Both the position numbers and the translations under genes were made by a program. A stretch of DNA of 64,000 nt from a virus (lineage: Duplodnaviria; Caudoviricetes). The notes beneath the pieces are model-generated. The model was not told where the DNA came from. It saw only the letters and a program-made list of their open reading frames with translations, and ran no database searches. Shown here piece by piece: positions 50,413 to 58,772 of the stretch (position 1 is its first letter; each line of letters starts with the position of its first letter). The stretch spans positions 49,119 through 113,118 of the IMG/VR virus record IMGVR_UViG_3300033066_001786, one strand, 5' to 3'.

Positions 50413-51331
50413 AAAGTACAGATACAGCGAACAGTTTTTTTCAGCACAAGGCGAGGCAAAGTACACGGGTGTGCCGACTGCATGGTTAAGATTGTGGGGT
50501 TGCAATTTCGAGTGTACTGGTTTTTCGCAATCAGATAAACCCAGGGAAGAATGGAAAAAAGAACATGATTTAATAGATTTAACAAACGTAACAACCATGG
50601 AAGAGCTGCCAGTCTTTACGTTAAATTGTGATAGTGCATATTCCTGGTCTAAAAGATACAGACATCTTGCTTATTTAGAAACCGCATCCGAAATTGTAGA
50701 TAAGTTAACAAATGAAATGAAAAGCGAATTTAACCCCGACGGTTTGTTTAAACACGCTAGAAGTTTGCAAGAGACGCATATGGCATTTACCGGTGGCGAG
50801 CCAATGATGTCGCAGCATGCAATTGATGCGATAATTAGAGAATTTACTAGTCGAGATAATTGTCCTGCTTTTGTAACAATTGAAACAAACGGCACACAAA
50901 AATTAAAAGATGCAACAAAAGAACTAATTAATTTACATTCGATGACTAGCGAGTTCGGTGGATTCGTACCTGATAATCGCGGTCGAACAGAATGGTTTTG
51001 GTCGGTTAGTCCTAAATTAAGTGCAAGTGGCGAAAAATGGGAAGATGCAATTAAGCCAGATATATTAGCTGAGTATTCTCTTTTAAGTAATTATGGTCAG
51101 CTTAAATATGTAGTCGACGGTAGTAAGCAATGTTGGGAAGAAGTAGAAGAAGCGACTAATATGTACAGAAAAGCAGGTGTTAATTTCCCAGTGTGGATAA
51201 TGCCGGTAGGTGCAACAGAAGAACAACAACGAAACATTGCAGGCGATATAGCAACGGAAACAATTAGACGCGGATACAATATTTCAACTCGTTTACATTG
51301 CACGTTGTGGGGAAATAAAATAGGAACATGA
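50405..51331 (+). CDS. queE: 7-carboxy-7-deazaguanine synthase (radical SAM)
   Basis: E.F.S.QGE, R..GCNF.C, CDS, TGGEP, IETNGT, SPKL, K.VV, RLH. Confidence 0.92.
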   Translation: MVKKYRYSEQFFSAQGEAKYTGVPTAWLRLWGCNFECTGFSQSDKPREEWKKEHDLIDLTNVTTMEELPVFTLNCDSAYSWSKRYRHLAYLETASEIVDKLTNEMKSEFNPDGLFKHARSLQETHMAFTGGEPMMSQHAIDAIIREFTSRDNCPAFVTIETNGTQKLKDATKELINLHSMTSEFGGFVPDNRGRTEWFWSVSPKLSASGEKWEDAIKPDILAEYSLLSNYGQLKYVVDGSKQCWEEVEEATNMYRKAGVNFPVWIMPVGATEEQQRNIAGDIATETIRRGYNISTRLHCTLWGNKIGT

Positions 51332-51558
51332 TGCATAGTAATAGATCTGAGTATGGCTTTAAAATTGAATTAAAAAACTTAAAAACTGTTTTTGAAGTAT
51401 TTAAGGGTTGCTGTTGGGCATACAGTAACAGCTCAGGAACATATTGTTTCTTTTTCAGAAAAGACGAGTACGAGTTAGCAAAAGATAAGTACAATGCTCA
51501 CTTTTTAGGTGAGTACGTATATAAAAATAAAATAATAAGGTTAAGAGATGAAACGTAA
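51328..51558 (+). CDS. Hypothetical protein
   Basis: ATGA-coupled. Confidence 0.55.
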   Translation: MMHSNRSEYGFKIELKNLKTVFEVFKGCCWAYSNSSGTYCFFFRKDEYELAKDKYNAHFLGEYVYKNKIIRLRDET

Positions 51559-52174
51559 ATTATTACCATTCTGGCTGATGCCAGGTAGTTGGGGTTTAAA
51601 AGGTAAAACAAAAGAGATAGCAAAAGCAGAATATGAACTTGAAGGAATAGACTTAGAAATTCGTCTTCTCCAAATAGAATGCCCTGATGCAACTTCTTTG
51701 AATAAATTTAACTTAGGCATGCTAAGTATTAAGAAAAAGTATGGACTTATAGATGAATATGAAGAAAAAGTCGAAACTATCAGAATCGAAGACCCTGAGC
51801 ATTTCGATATTAAGAAATTAGGCGTCGATTACGACTTTGGCAAGATTACAAAAAGGGAATATGAAAAGTCCAAATGTAACATGCTCAAACTTCCCTGGTT
51901 AGATATTTTAAATATAAACGTTGATGAGACTGATCCTAATTTTGGAAGTATGGAATTTGATTGGAACGAGCACTTTATTGAAAAATTAGAAAAAGACGGA
52001 TTTATAGGTAAGACAGACGAAGAAACAGTAGACTTGTGGTTTGTCGAACTTTGTAAAAACGTTGCACTTGAAGAAATAAGACAAGAACTTGAAGACAAAG
52101 AAATCGACGAAGATCAAGTATCTATTAATCATATCAAGAGAAAAGATCTTGGCGATAAGAAAGAGTTTAGATGA
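51548..52174 (+). CDS. Hypothetical protein
   Basis: PW......G..EFDWN..FI..L...G..G..DEE.VD.WF..LC. Confidence 0.7.
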   Translation: MKRKLLPFWLMPGSWGLKGKTKEIAKAEYELEGIDLEIRLLQIECPDATSLNKFNLGMLSIKKKYGLIDEYEEKVETIRIEDPEHFDIKKLGVDYDFGKITKREYEKSKCNMLKLPWLDILNINVDETDPNFGSMEFDWNEHFIEKLEKDGFIGKTDEETVDLWFVELCKNVALEEIRQELEDKEIDEDQVSINHIKRKDLGDKKEFR

Positions 52175-53157
52175 TGAACTATATTTTATTGGATTACATG
52201 AACGTTGCATTCCGTGCAAAACACGGTGTTACAGCAACAAGTGCAGAAATGAAAGTAGGTATGACTTTTCATATCATTCTCAATAGCATAAGAACTGCAT
52301 ATGAGAAAAATAAAGGTGACCATCTTGTTGTATTTTTAGAGGGAAGGTCTTGGCGTAAAGACATATATCCGCAGTACAAACTACAGAGAAAAACAGCACA
52401 ACTTGCAAAGCCTATTTCTGAACAAGAAGAAGATCAAGTTTTTTTTGAGGCAGTAAGTGAGTTCGCACAATTCCTAAAAGAAAAAACCAATTGCACAGTT
52501 ATACAATGCCCAATAGCAGAAGCAGATGATATGATTGCAACATGGGTAGGCATGCATAAAAACGACAATCACGTAATAGTAAGTACGGACTCTGATTATT
52601 ATCAATTGCTGTCAGATAATGTAACTTTTTACAATGGAATACAAGATGTAACAGTTACCCTTGATGGTTTTTTTGATAATAAGGGAAAACCTGTAAAAGA
52701 TAGTAAAGGTGTAATTAAAGAGAAAATTGATCCCGAATTTTATCTTTTTGAAAAATGTGTACGCGGTGACCCAACTGATAATATTTTTTCTGCTTATCCA
52801 GGCGTAAGGAAAAAAGGATCAAAAAATAAAGTTGGGATAATAGATGCCTATGAGGACAGACACAATAAGGGTTTTAACTGGAATAATTTCTTTAATCAAA
52901 AATGGACAGATATGGATGATAAAGACGTAATAGTTAAAGATGCATACTTAATGAATAAAACATTAATCGACTTAACAGCACAACCGGATGATTTTAAAGC
53001 ATTGTTTGAAGAATCGATTAACGAATGCACGACAAATCATAAAACTATGCCCAACGTAGGTGTACATTTAATGAAGTTTTGTTCTAAGTGGCAACTAAAT
53101 AGAATTAATGATAATATTAATCCATACGCTAAGATTCTGAATTCGAGATACGTATGA
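52171..53157 (+). CDS. rnh: RNase H / 5'-3' exonuclease (T4 rnh-like)
   Basis: D..N, SWRK..YP.YK..R, EADD, STDSD..QL, RGD.TDNI. Confidence 0.92.
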   Translation: MMNYILLDYMNVAFRAKHGVTATSAEMKVGMTFHIILNSIRTAYEKNKGDHLVVFLEGRSWRKDIYPQYKLQRKTAQLAKPISEQEEDQVFFEAVSEFAQFLKEKTNCTVIQCPIAEADDMIATWVGMHKNDNHVIVSTDSDYYQLLSDNVTFYNGIQDVTVTLDGFFDNKGKPVKDSKGVIKEKIDPEFYLFEKCVRGDPTDNIFSAYPGVRKKGSKNKVGIIDAYEDRHNKGFNWNNFFNQKWTDMDDKDVIVKDAYLMNKTLIDLTAQPDDFKALFEESINECTTNHKTMPNVGVHLMKFCSKWQLNRINDNINPYAKILNSRYV

Positions 53158-53594
53158 AGAAAGTTTTAAAATTAAGTAATAGTAGTTGGCTAATCGACAA
53201 TACCGGGTTGTTAAGCGAAAACCTAGGTATTTACTCTTATACTAGCAGTAATGTTAAGAAAAAATTTAATAACATTGAACAAGTTAAAGAATATTTTAAT
53301 AGTGAGATATTAACAAAGACGTACAAATTACAAAAACCAAAAATAGAATTATATGTAAGGGGTTATCCCGTAGATTTTGAAAAACCCATAGTATCCACTG
53401 ATGACAGTCTTCCTGTTTTTTATAAATCAAAAAAGAAGCTTGTTAAATATTGTGCAGGATATTATTATTTGCTTAAAAATAATAAGTGGATAGTTAGTTT
53501 TTGTCCCGATAAGAGAATACTCGAAAATACACAATTTTATGGCCCTTTTAAAACAGAACAAGAAGCGAGTAATAAAAATGGAAAAAATACTTGA
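53154..53594 (+). CDS. Hypothetical protein
   Basis: CAGYY, FCP, GPFKT. Confidence 0.7.
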   Translation: MKKVLKLSNSSWLIDNTGLLSENLGIYSYTSSNVKKKFNNIEQVKEYFNSEILTKTYKLQKPKIELYVRGYPVDFEKPIVSTDDSLPVFYKSKKKLVKYCAGYYYLLKNNKWIVSFCPDKRILENTQFYGPFKTEQEASNKNGKNT

Positions 53595-53979
53595 AATTGT
53601 AGAATTTGAAGAAACGTCTCCCGGGGTTAATACTAACGTAACTAAAAATCTCGGCGGTTTTATAATCACTACTACTAGCAAGAATGTATTAATTGGTATT
53701 ACAACGGGTCAGTCGTGCTGCGAATCATTTGGGTACTTCTGTACTAACGACGACACATCGGAGTTTATAGGTGCAGAGTTATTCGAAGTTAAAATAGTAG
53801 ATGAGTGTCTCAATGTAGAGAAGGCACCAGCTATATACGAAGGGGGTGCTATTTTTGTTAATTTTGAGACTAGCAACGGGACTCTTCAATTTACAGTTTA
53901 TAACGAGCACAATGGGTATTACGGCCATAGTGTTATCGTTAAAACCGAAGACAAAGAGATAATCAGTACGGTTTTATAG
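53578..53979 (+). CDS. Hypothetical protein
   Basis: QSCCE, HNGYY.H motifs. Confidence 0.7.
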   Translation: MEKILEIVEFEETSPGVNTNVTKNLGGFIITTTSKNVLIGITTGQSCCESFGYFCTNDDTSEFIGAELFEVKIVDECLNVEKAPAIYEGGAIFVNFETSNGTLQFTVYNEHNGYYGHSVIVKTEDKEIISTVL

Positions 53980-53991
53980 TATTTAAATTTT

Positions 53992-54032
53992 CGCCTTTTT
54001 TTGATAAATATAACAAATAGTTTTAAAAGGCG
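53992..54032 (+). promoter_or_regulatory. Late promoter (54001-10) within an SD-masking hairpin
   Basis: CGCCTTTT/AAAAGGCG flank TTGATAAATA. Confidence 0.7.
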
Positions 54033-54036
54033 TTGT

Positions 54037-54360
54037 ATGGCACGTAGAAAACCTGTTATAATTAGTGAAGTATTAGATAGTAAGACATATGTCTCAGAAC
54101 AGATTTTACAATCGGACGGGTTATATGCTGTATTTTACGAAGGTAAACCCTTCGGTTTAAGAATGGAAAATACCCTAATAGATTATCCGGGCCCAAAGTA
54201 TAAAAAAACTGCATTTCCTTCTTCTGGTCATGCACACAACTTAGCAGAGCGTCTTAATGCAAAATTCAACACAGATAAGTTCGAAGTTTACAAGTTAACT
54301 ACAGGCGAATTCTGCGATGAATCCAGAACAAAGAATACAAGTAAAACAGGGAGTATTTGA
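54037..54360 (+). CDS. Hypothetical protein
   Basis: MARRKP..., GPKYKK, GHA.NL; start corrected. Confidence 0.7.
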   Translation: MARRKPVIISEVLDSKTYVSEQILQSDGLYAVFYEGKPFGLRMENTLIDYPGPKYKKTAFPSSGHAHNLAERLNAKFNTDKFEVYKLTTGEFCDESRTKNTSKTGSI

Positions 54361-54661
54361 TGAATTACTCCGAGCAGGAAAACTTAACCCAGGCGGAACA
54401 TACAACGATAACAACAAAGTTATATTCCGCCATCCTAGACATTTACGACTTTCTAAACTCGGTTATACGCTATTAAAAAGCATTAAAAAACCGTATTGTT
54501 TTGAAGTCGATCTTAATAAAATAAAAACCCAACACCTCGTAAATTTAGCATCAAAAGCCAGATACACCTATTTCTTTGAAAATAATAAGATATACCTTTT
54601 TGACGAAAAAGACGCAATGATGTGCAAATTACACGGTGATATACTTAACTGGCTGTCTTGA
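54317..54661 (+). CDS. Hypothetical protein (FxDEKDAM motif family)
   Basis: LRLS..G, LFDEKDAMMCKLHG. Confidence 0.65.
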   Translation: MNPEQRIQVKQGVFDELLRAGKLNPGGTYNDNNKVIFRHPRHLRLSKLGYTLLKSIKKPYCFEVDLNKIKTQHLVNLASKARYTYFFENNKIYLFDEKDAMMCKLHGDILNWLS

Positions 54662-55629
54662 TGAAGAACTCAACAAAAGAAAAAAAACAACAAGTATTTT
54701 TAAAATTACAAGGTAAAATAGAAAAAAACTTTACTAATCTTAGTTGTAAAGAGTGGGTTAAGTTGTTGCATGATGATCCTTCTTTAATATCTAGTGTTCG
54801 TGTTTCTAAGCTAAAAAGAAGAGAAAAACTCGAGATAATAAAAATAAATCTAGTAGAATTTTATGATAAAATTAAAATAGATTATACTGCATACGACAAA
54901 GCAGTATGTTTGTATTCTAGTTTACATATAATGAATGATTATCAATTCGTTTCTATGTTTTTAGGAGAATATTTAAACGATAGTAAGTTCTGGAGTATTT
55001 TTTTAACTGCGTATAGAGTTTTACCCAGTATGAATGAATGGATATTGTTGTATAAAAAACATATAAATGTTGATACTCTTTCAAATCATGCAAAATACAA
55101 TGTCTGGTGTTGTAATCAAGAATTAAAACCAACATTAGACATTAATACTTTTAATTATATGGTGAGAGTTGTAAGCGGTCACTATACATCCCTAGAACCA
55201 ACCCTGTGCATAATAGACGAGTTAAACGCACATGAACATTTTTTTGATTCGTACTTAGAAAATGTAAAACCTTATTATAATTTAGAAAAATCGGTAATGT
55301 TATTTCCAAAAGTTAAAGAATTAGTAAAAGTGGAAATATATAAAGGTAATAGAAAATACACTAACATGCGAATGTTAGATTATATATTAGATGAAATTAA
55401 CGTAAACGATTTACCAGATAAAACCTTGTTAAAATTAAACCCATACGTCCACCATGATAAGATTGTAAATGTTGATCAGGTTAAATTACAAGCAATTGCA
55501 AAAATTTTAATCAAAGATAGATTTCCTCACCGTAGAGATTGGCTTAATTACTTAATTAATACACAAGATAAAATATCGCCTGATACTATGGTTAAAATTA
55601 AAAAAATATTCAACATAGAATATAGTTGA
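54658..55629 (+). CDS. Hypothetical protein
   Basis: 323 aa ORF. Confidence 0.65.
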   Translation: MMKNSTKEKKQQVFLKLQGKIEKNFTNLSCKEWVKLLHDDPSLISSVRVSKLKRREKLEIIKINLVEFYDKIKIDYTAYDKAVCLYSSLHIMNDYQFVSMFLGEYLNDSKFWSIFLTAYRVLPSMNEWILLYKKHINVDTLSNHAKYNVWCCNQELKPTLDINTFNYMVRVVSGHYTSLEPTLCIIDELNAHEHFFDSYLENVKPYYNLEKSVMLFPKVKELVKVEIYKGNRKYTNMRMLDYILDEINVNDLPDKTLLKLNPYVHHDKIVNVDQVKLQAIAKILIKDRFPHRRDWLNYLINTQDKISPDTMVKIKKIFNIEYS

Positions 55630-55654
55630 CATTTTTAAAATATTCATATATTAT
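55626..55654 (+). promoter_or_regulatory. sigma70-like promoter
   Basis: TTGACA-N17-TATTAT. Confidence 0.6.
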
Positions 55655-55683
55655 AATATAACAATTTTACATAGGGTTATTTT

Positions 55684-55896
55684 ATGGGATGGTTTGACAA
55701 ATTTAAACCAATTAAAAAAGAAAAAGATCTTAAGAAACAGCAAACAAACTATACTTCTAGAAGTGAAGACGATAGTTTTGCGAATATGGCTGCAACTGTT
55801 ATTTTAACAGATAGCTATAATTCAAATTGCGACTCTAGTAGCTCTTATAGCGATAGTAGTTCAAGTTGCGATTCTGGCAGTTCAGGCTGCGATTAA
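55684..55896 (+). CDS. Small Ser/Asp-rich protein
   Basis: DSSSSYSDSSSSCDSGSSGCD tail. Confidence 0.65.
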   Translation: MGWFDKFKPIKKEKDLKKQQTNYTSRSEDDSFANMAATVILTDSYNSNCDSSSSYSDSSSSCDSGSSGCD

Positions 55897-55897
55897 T

Positions 55898-56254
55898 ATG
55901 AAGAAAAAAGAATACGAGTTAATGTTGCAAAAGCATAACGCAGATATTAACAGTATGTCTGTTTTTGGTAATAGTAGAAGTCACTTGAAATCTAAAAAAG
56001 GGCAGTCGACAATACAAGTTGTGCCTCGATATAGATCGGAATCTACTAAACATTATCCCGGTCTTACAATAGATCCTATTAGAAGAGATAATGTTCCTGT
56101 CTTATCCGAAGACATAGTAGAAAGAGAAAAAGTTGCAAAAGCAGAAACCGAACGTAAAAAGAAATACGTAGGTCTTGCTTATAATAAAGGTAATTATGTT
56201 TATCTGGGCGAGAACCCAGATCCGGAAATAATTAAAAGCCTTGGAAGAAAATGA
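55898..56254 (+). CDS. Hypothetical protein
   Basis: AYNKG.Y...LGRK C-terminus. Confidence 0.7.
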   Translation: MKKKEYELMLQKHNADINSMSVFGNSRSHLKSKKGQSTIQVVPRYRSESTKHYPGLTIDPIRRDNVPVLSEDIVEREKVAKAETERKKKYVGLAYNKGNYVYLGENPDPEIIKSLGRK

Positions 56255-56402
56255 TGTATACACTAATTAAAAAATCAGAACTGCAATATATAGTTACTAT
56301 CCGCCAAGTAGTAATGAACCACGTGAATGGTATATACAAACTACAGAAGAACATCACGAAAAATTAGTCGAAGAATTTAATACTTGGAAGAAAAACAGAT
56401 AA
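56251..56402 (+). pseudogene. Small gene with apparent 1-nt frameshift in an A6 run
   Basis: ATGA-coupled start; the -1 frame ends in TAATG coupled to next gene. Confidence 0.4.
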
Positions 56403-56674
56403 TGTCAGCCCAAGAAATGTATAACAAGTTACGCGGCCCTATTTTAGTAGTGCCGCCAAAGGCAAATGTAGAATACGTTACAATTGGACGTAGTAGTTAT
56501 CCCGTAAAAACTGGCGTATCAAATTGTGTAATAGATGGCAATTTAGAACTATATGAGAAATATGAGCAACTCGAAATCAACGGTATAGTTTTATGTGGAG
56601 TAGTACCGATATCTAAATCTGGTACACAATTCAATTGTGCAGTTGATTGCTTTTGGTATACTTATGGAATCTAA
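56402..56674 (+). CDS. Hypothetical protein
   Basis: VIDGNLEL shared with next gene. Confidence 0.6.
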   Translation: MSAQEMYNKLRGPILVVPPKANVEYVTIGRSSYPVKTGVSNCVIDGNLELYEKYEQLEINGIVLCGVVPISKSGTQFNCAVDCFWYTYGI

Positions 56675-56906
56675 AGTTGATATGGTTGCTAAATTAAAAG
56701 GTTACAAGTTTAGAGGTAACGTATATTTAAACGGCGGACGTACTCGTACTGTTGCTGTAATCGATGGATATTTAGAATTAAACAGGTACTACAATACATT
56801 AATGGTGGAAAGATATGTATTTTACGGTCTTATTCCAGTTCTTAAAGTAACCGATGGGTTTTATTGTAAATATTCCTCGCGGGCTTGTCTTGTTTTTGAT
56901 AAATAG
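56664..56906 (+). CDS. Hypothetical protein, paralogue of previous gene
   Basis: VIDGYLEL...G..P. Confidence 0.6.
   Translation: MESKVDMVAKLKGYKFRGNVYLNGGRTRTVAVIDGYLELNRYYNTLMVERYVFYGLIPVLKVTDGFYCKYSSRACLVFDK
56896..56905 (+). promoter_or_regulatory. Late promoter TTGATAAATA
   Basis: Exact motif. Confidence 0.65.
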
Positions 56907-56927
56907 TATAAACTATTGCGGTATATT

Positions 56928-57476
56928 ATGTATAAAAATATCTTAAATGAAATGTTTGCTTTAACTGGTATTCTTAACGAAGACGAAAATATTAAAACTA
57001 TATTAATCGAGGATATAGACGATATTAGTTTCGGTGTATTTGGCTTATATAACTGTAATATAGTAGCCCGTTACGATTTTGTTAATAATAATGTAGTTTC
57101 GATTCTTTCACTTAAAGTATACGGCAAGAAACAAGAATATGCATCTTTAATTACTAACGTATTCGATGCTACGGAATATTTTAAAGATGCAATATCCGAC
57201 GGTAATTACACTGTAGTTGATTCATATTCGAGAGCATATACTATTCCGGCAAAACTTAAACCAGACGGTTCGTATGTAATTGACGGCGGCATCTTAGGTA
57301 ACGAATTAGATTTAAATTACGAATATAACTATTATAAAGGCGAACGTGCCTCAATGGACGGTCCGGGGGAAAACGAAGAGTTTGACATCAGGGAATATTC
57401 GATTAACAATGTGTCAATGAACGAACTTGCAAGTAAAGAATTAGACCAAAGAACAATAAGTGAGATAAAAAGTTAA
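56928..57476 (+). CDS. Hypothetical protein (late)
   Basis: Acidic ORF after late promoter. Confidence 0.6.
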   Translation: MYKNILNEMFALTGILNEDENIKTILIEDIDDISFGVFGLYNCNIVARYDFVNNNVVSILSLKVYGKKQEYASLITNVFDATEYFKDAISDGNYTVVDSYSRAYTIPAKLKPDGSYVIDGGILGNELDLNYEYNYYKGERASMDGPGENEEFDIREYSINNVSMNELASKELDQRTISEIKS

Positions 57477-58054
57477 TGAAAGACTCGTTAAGGTTAATGA
57501 TTAAGGAATCCGAAAATATACTCGAAGGCGAAAAGGATTATAATAAAATATATCCAGATACTGCCGAAGGCGCATTGCTTGCATTTAAATCACTTGCAAA
57601 AACTCCAAAATACGATTTATCAAATATAAAAATTAAACCAGATCCAGAGGTTCAAGGTGTATGGCTTATAACCTTTGAAAAGTTTAATAAGAATACAAAC
57701 AGTAACAGCGTAATTGTATATATGAGAGGTTATAAAGAACCGGGCGGCGAAATACGCCAATACAACGATTACGAAGATGTAACTGATCCAAAAGGACCGC
57801 AATTAGAAACTGATAAAGTAAATTCAACTAGTAATATATCAATTGTATATGATACTGGTTCCGAAGTAGAAATTAAAGGTATTACGGGTACCGTAATAGA
57901 ACATGATATACATTGGAAAGACCACGGCGACGAAGTGATTGATTCAGTTGATTACAGAATAAGAAAAGATTACGGGCAAGCAGAATGGGTTACAGTATCA
58001 GATGATAAAGATGTTGACTGTGTTGGAAATTGCAAAACTTATATTAAATTATAA
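57476..58054 (+). CDS. Hypothetical protein (late)
   Basis: TAATG-coupled. Confidence 0.6.
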   Translation: MKDSLRLMIKESENILEGEKDYNKIYPDTAEGALLAFKSLAKTPKYDLSNIKIKPDPEVQGVWLITFEKFNKNTNSNSVIVYMRGYKEPGGEIRQYNDYEDVTDPKGPQLETDKVNSTSNISIVYDTGSEVEIKGITGTVIEHDIHWKDHGDEVIDSVDYRIRKDYGQAEWVTVSDDKDVDCVGNCKTYIKL

Positions 58055-58060
58055 AAGTAG

Positions 58061-58088
58061 TTGACAAATGATAAATAAACTGTATAAT
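58061..58088 (+). promoter_or_regulatory. Composite promoter of tRNA operon (sigma70 plus nested late motif)
   Basis: TTGACA-N16-TATAAT with GATAAATA at 58070-77 in the spacer. Confidence 0.8.
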
Positions 58089-58115
58089 ACAACAATTAAT
58101 TAAAGGTAATTAGAA

Positions 58116-58193
58116 ATGAACATGCAGCAAGACCATATTAAGTTTATCGAACAGGAGGATTTTAAATCGTCCGGGGTCTTTTTGCATCTGTAA
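58116..58193 (+). CDS. tRNA-operon leader peptide MNMQQDHIKFIEQEDFKSSGVFLHL
   Basis: SD AAAGGT 8 nt upstream; 25 codons plus TAA; codons 4-17 match the downstream tRNA set. Confidence 0.8.
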   Translation: MNMQQDHIKFIEQEDFKSSGVFLHL

Positions 58194-58241
58194 TTTATAG
58201 TACAAGAAACGCAAAAAGCCCCACAAGTTGGGGCTTTTTTT
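58122..58241 (+). promoter_or_regulatory. Transcription attenuator (1:2, 2:3, 3:4 alternative helices)
   Basis: 58122-34 pairs with 58175-87; 58173-85 pairs with 58211-22; 58213-41 forms a terminator. Confidence 0.8.
58213..58241 (+). terminator. Intrinsic terminator between promoter and tRNA array
   Basis: AAAAAGCCCCA-CAAGT-TGGGGCTTTTTTT. Confidence 0.9.
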
Positions 58242-58291
58242 ATGTTTAAAATTTATACTCATGCAGTATAAATGTTTTTTAAAATTTATTT

Positions 58292-58367
58292 GGGTCGTTA
58301 GCTCAGTTGGTAGAGCAGTTGGCTTTTAACTAATTAGTCGATGGTTCGAATCCATCACGGCCCACCA
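58292..58367 (+). tRNA. tRNA-Lys(TTT)
   Basis: Full cloverleaf, loop CTTTTAA, encoded CCA. Confidence 0.96.
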
Positions 58368-58374
58368 TTTAAAT

Positions 58375-58449
58375 ACACCATTCGAACATTGGTTAGTTCG
58401 CCAGTCCTTCAAACTGGAGAAAGGAGTTCAATCCTCCTATGGTGTACCA
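58375..58449 (+). tRNA. tRNA-Glu(TTC), atypical C33
   Basis: ACACCAT/ATGGTGT acceptor, CCAGT-CCTTCAA-ACTGG, 4-nt variable loop, CCA. Confidence 0.85.
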
Positions 58450-58457
58450 ATTTTTAC

Positions 58458-58528
58458 AGGGGTATAGCCAAGTGTAAAGGCAGCGGGTTTTGATCCCGCC
58501 ATCGGGAGTTAGATTCTTCCTACCCTTG
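58458..58528 (+). tRNA. tRNA-Gln(TTG)
   Basis: GCGGG-TTTTGAT-CCCGC, G73; followed by CC and then tRNA-Phe. Confidence 0.9.
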
Positions 58529-58530
58529 CC

Positions 58531-58605
58531 GGAGACTTGAATCAGAAGGATGATTGACTGTCTGAAAAACAGTATAGGTTGGATCGTTACCAACAGTCCC
58601 CACCA
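58531..58605 (+). tRNA. tRNA-Phe(GAA)
   Basis: ACTGT-CTGAAAA-ACAGT, atypical T-loop ATCGTTA, CCA. Confidence 0.85.
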
Positions 58606-58609
58606 ATTT

Positions 58610-58685
58610 TGTCCAATAGCTCAGATGGTAGAGTCCACCTCTGATAAAGGTGAGGTCGTTGGTTCGAACCCAACTTGGACGACCA
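58610..58685 (+). tRNA. tRNA-Ile(GAT)
   Basis: CACCT-CTGATAA-AGGTG, TTCGAAC, CCA. Confidence 0.94.
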
Positions 58686-58691
58686 ATTAAT

Positions 58692-58766
58692 GGTAATTTT
58701 GATGTAGTGGTAGCATAGCAATTTGTGGCATTGCTTGGATGGGTTCGATACCCATAAATTACCCCA
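58692..58766 (+). tRNA. tRNA-His(GTG)
   Basis: G-1:C73 identity pair, GCAAT-TTGTGGC-ATTGC, CCA. Confidence 0.93.
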
Positions 58767-58772
58767 ATTTAA

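Noticed and set aside
58122-58241. T-box or metabolite riboswitch explanation of the tRNA leader
   Set aside because: No T-box UGGNACC bulge or long stem I, and no recognisable aptamer; a translated uORF overlapping the helices fits ribosome-mediated attenuation better.
58375-58449. Reading the second tRNA as an opal (TCA) suppressor implying stop-codon recoding
   Set aside because: The stem CCAGT/ACTGG fixes the loop as CCTTCAA (anticodon TTC), and genes end normally at TGA, TAG and TAA.
58393-58593. 66-aa reverse ORF
   Set aside because: Antisense to tRNA genes.
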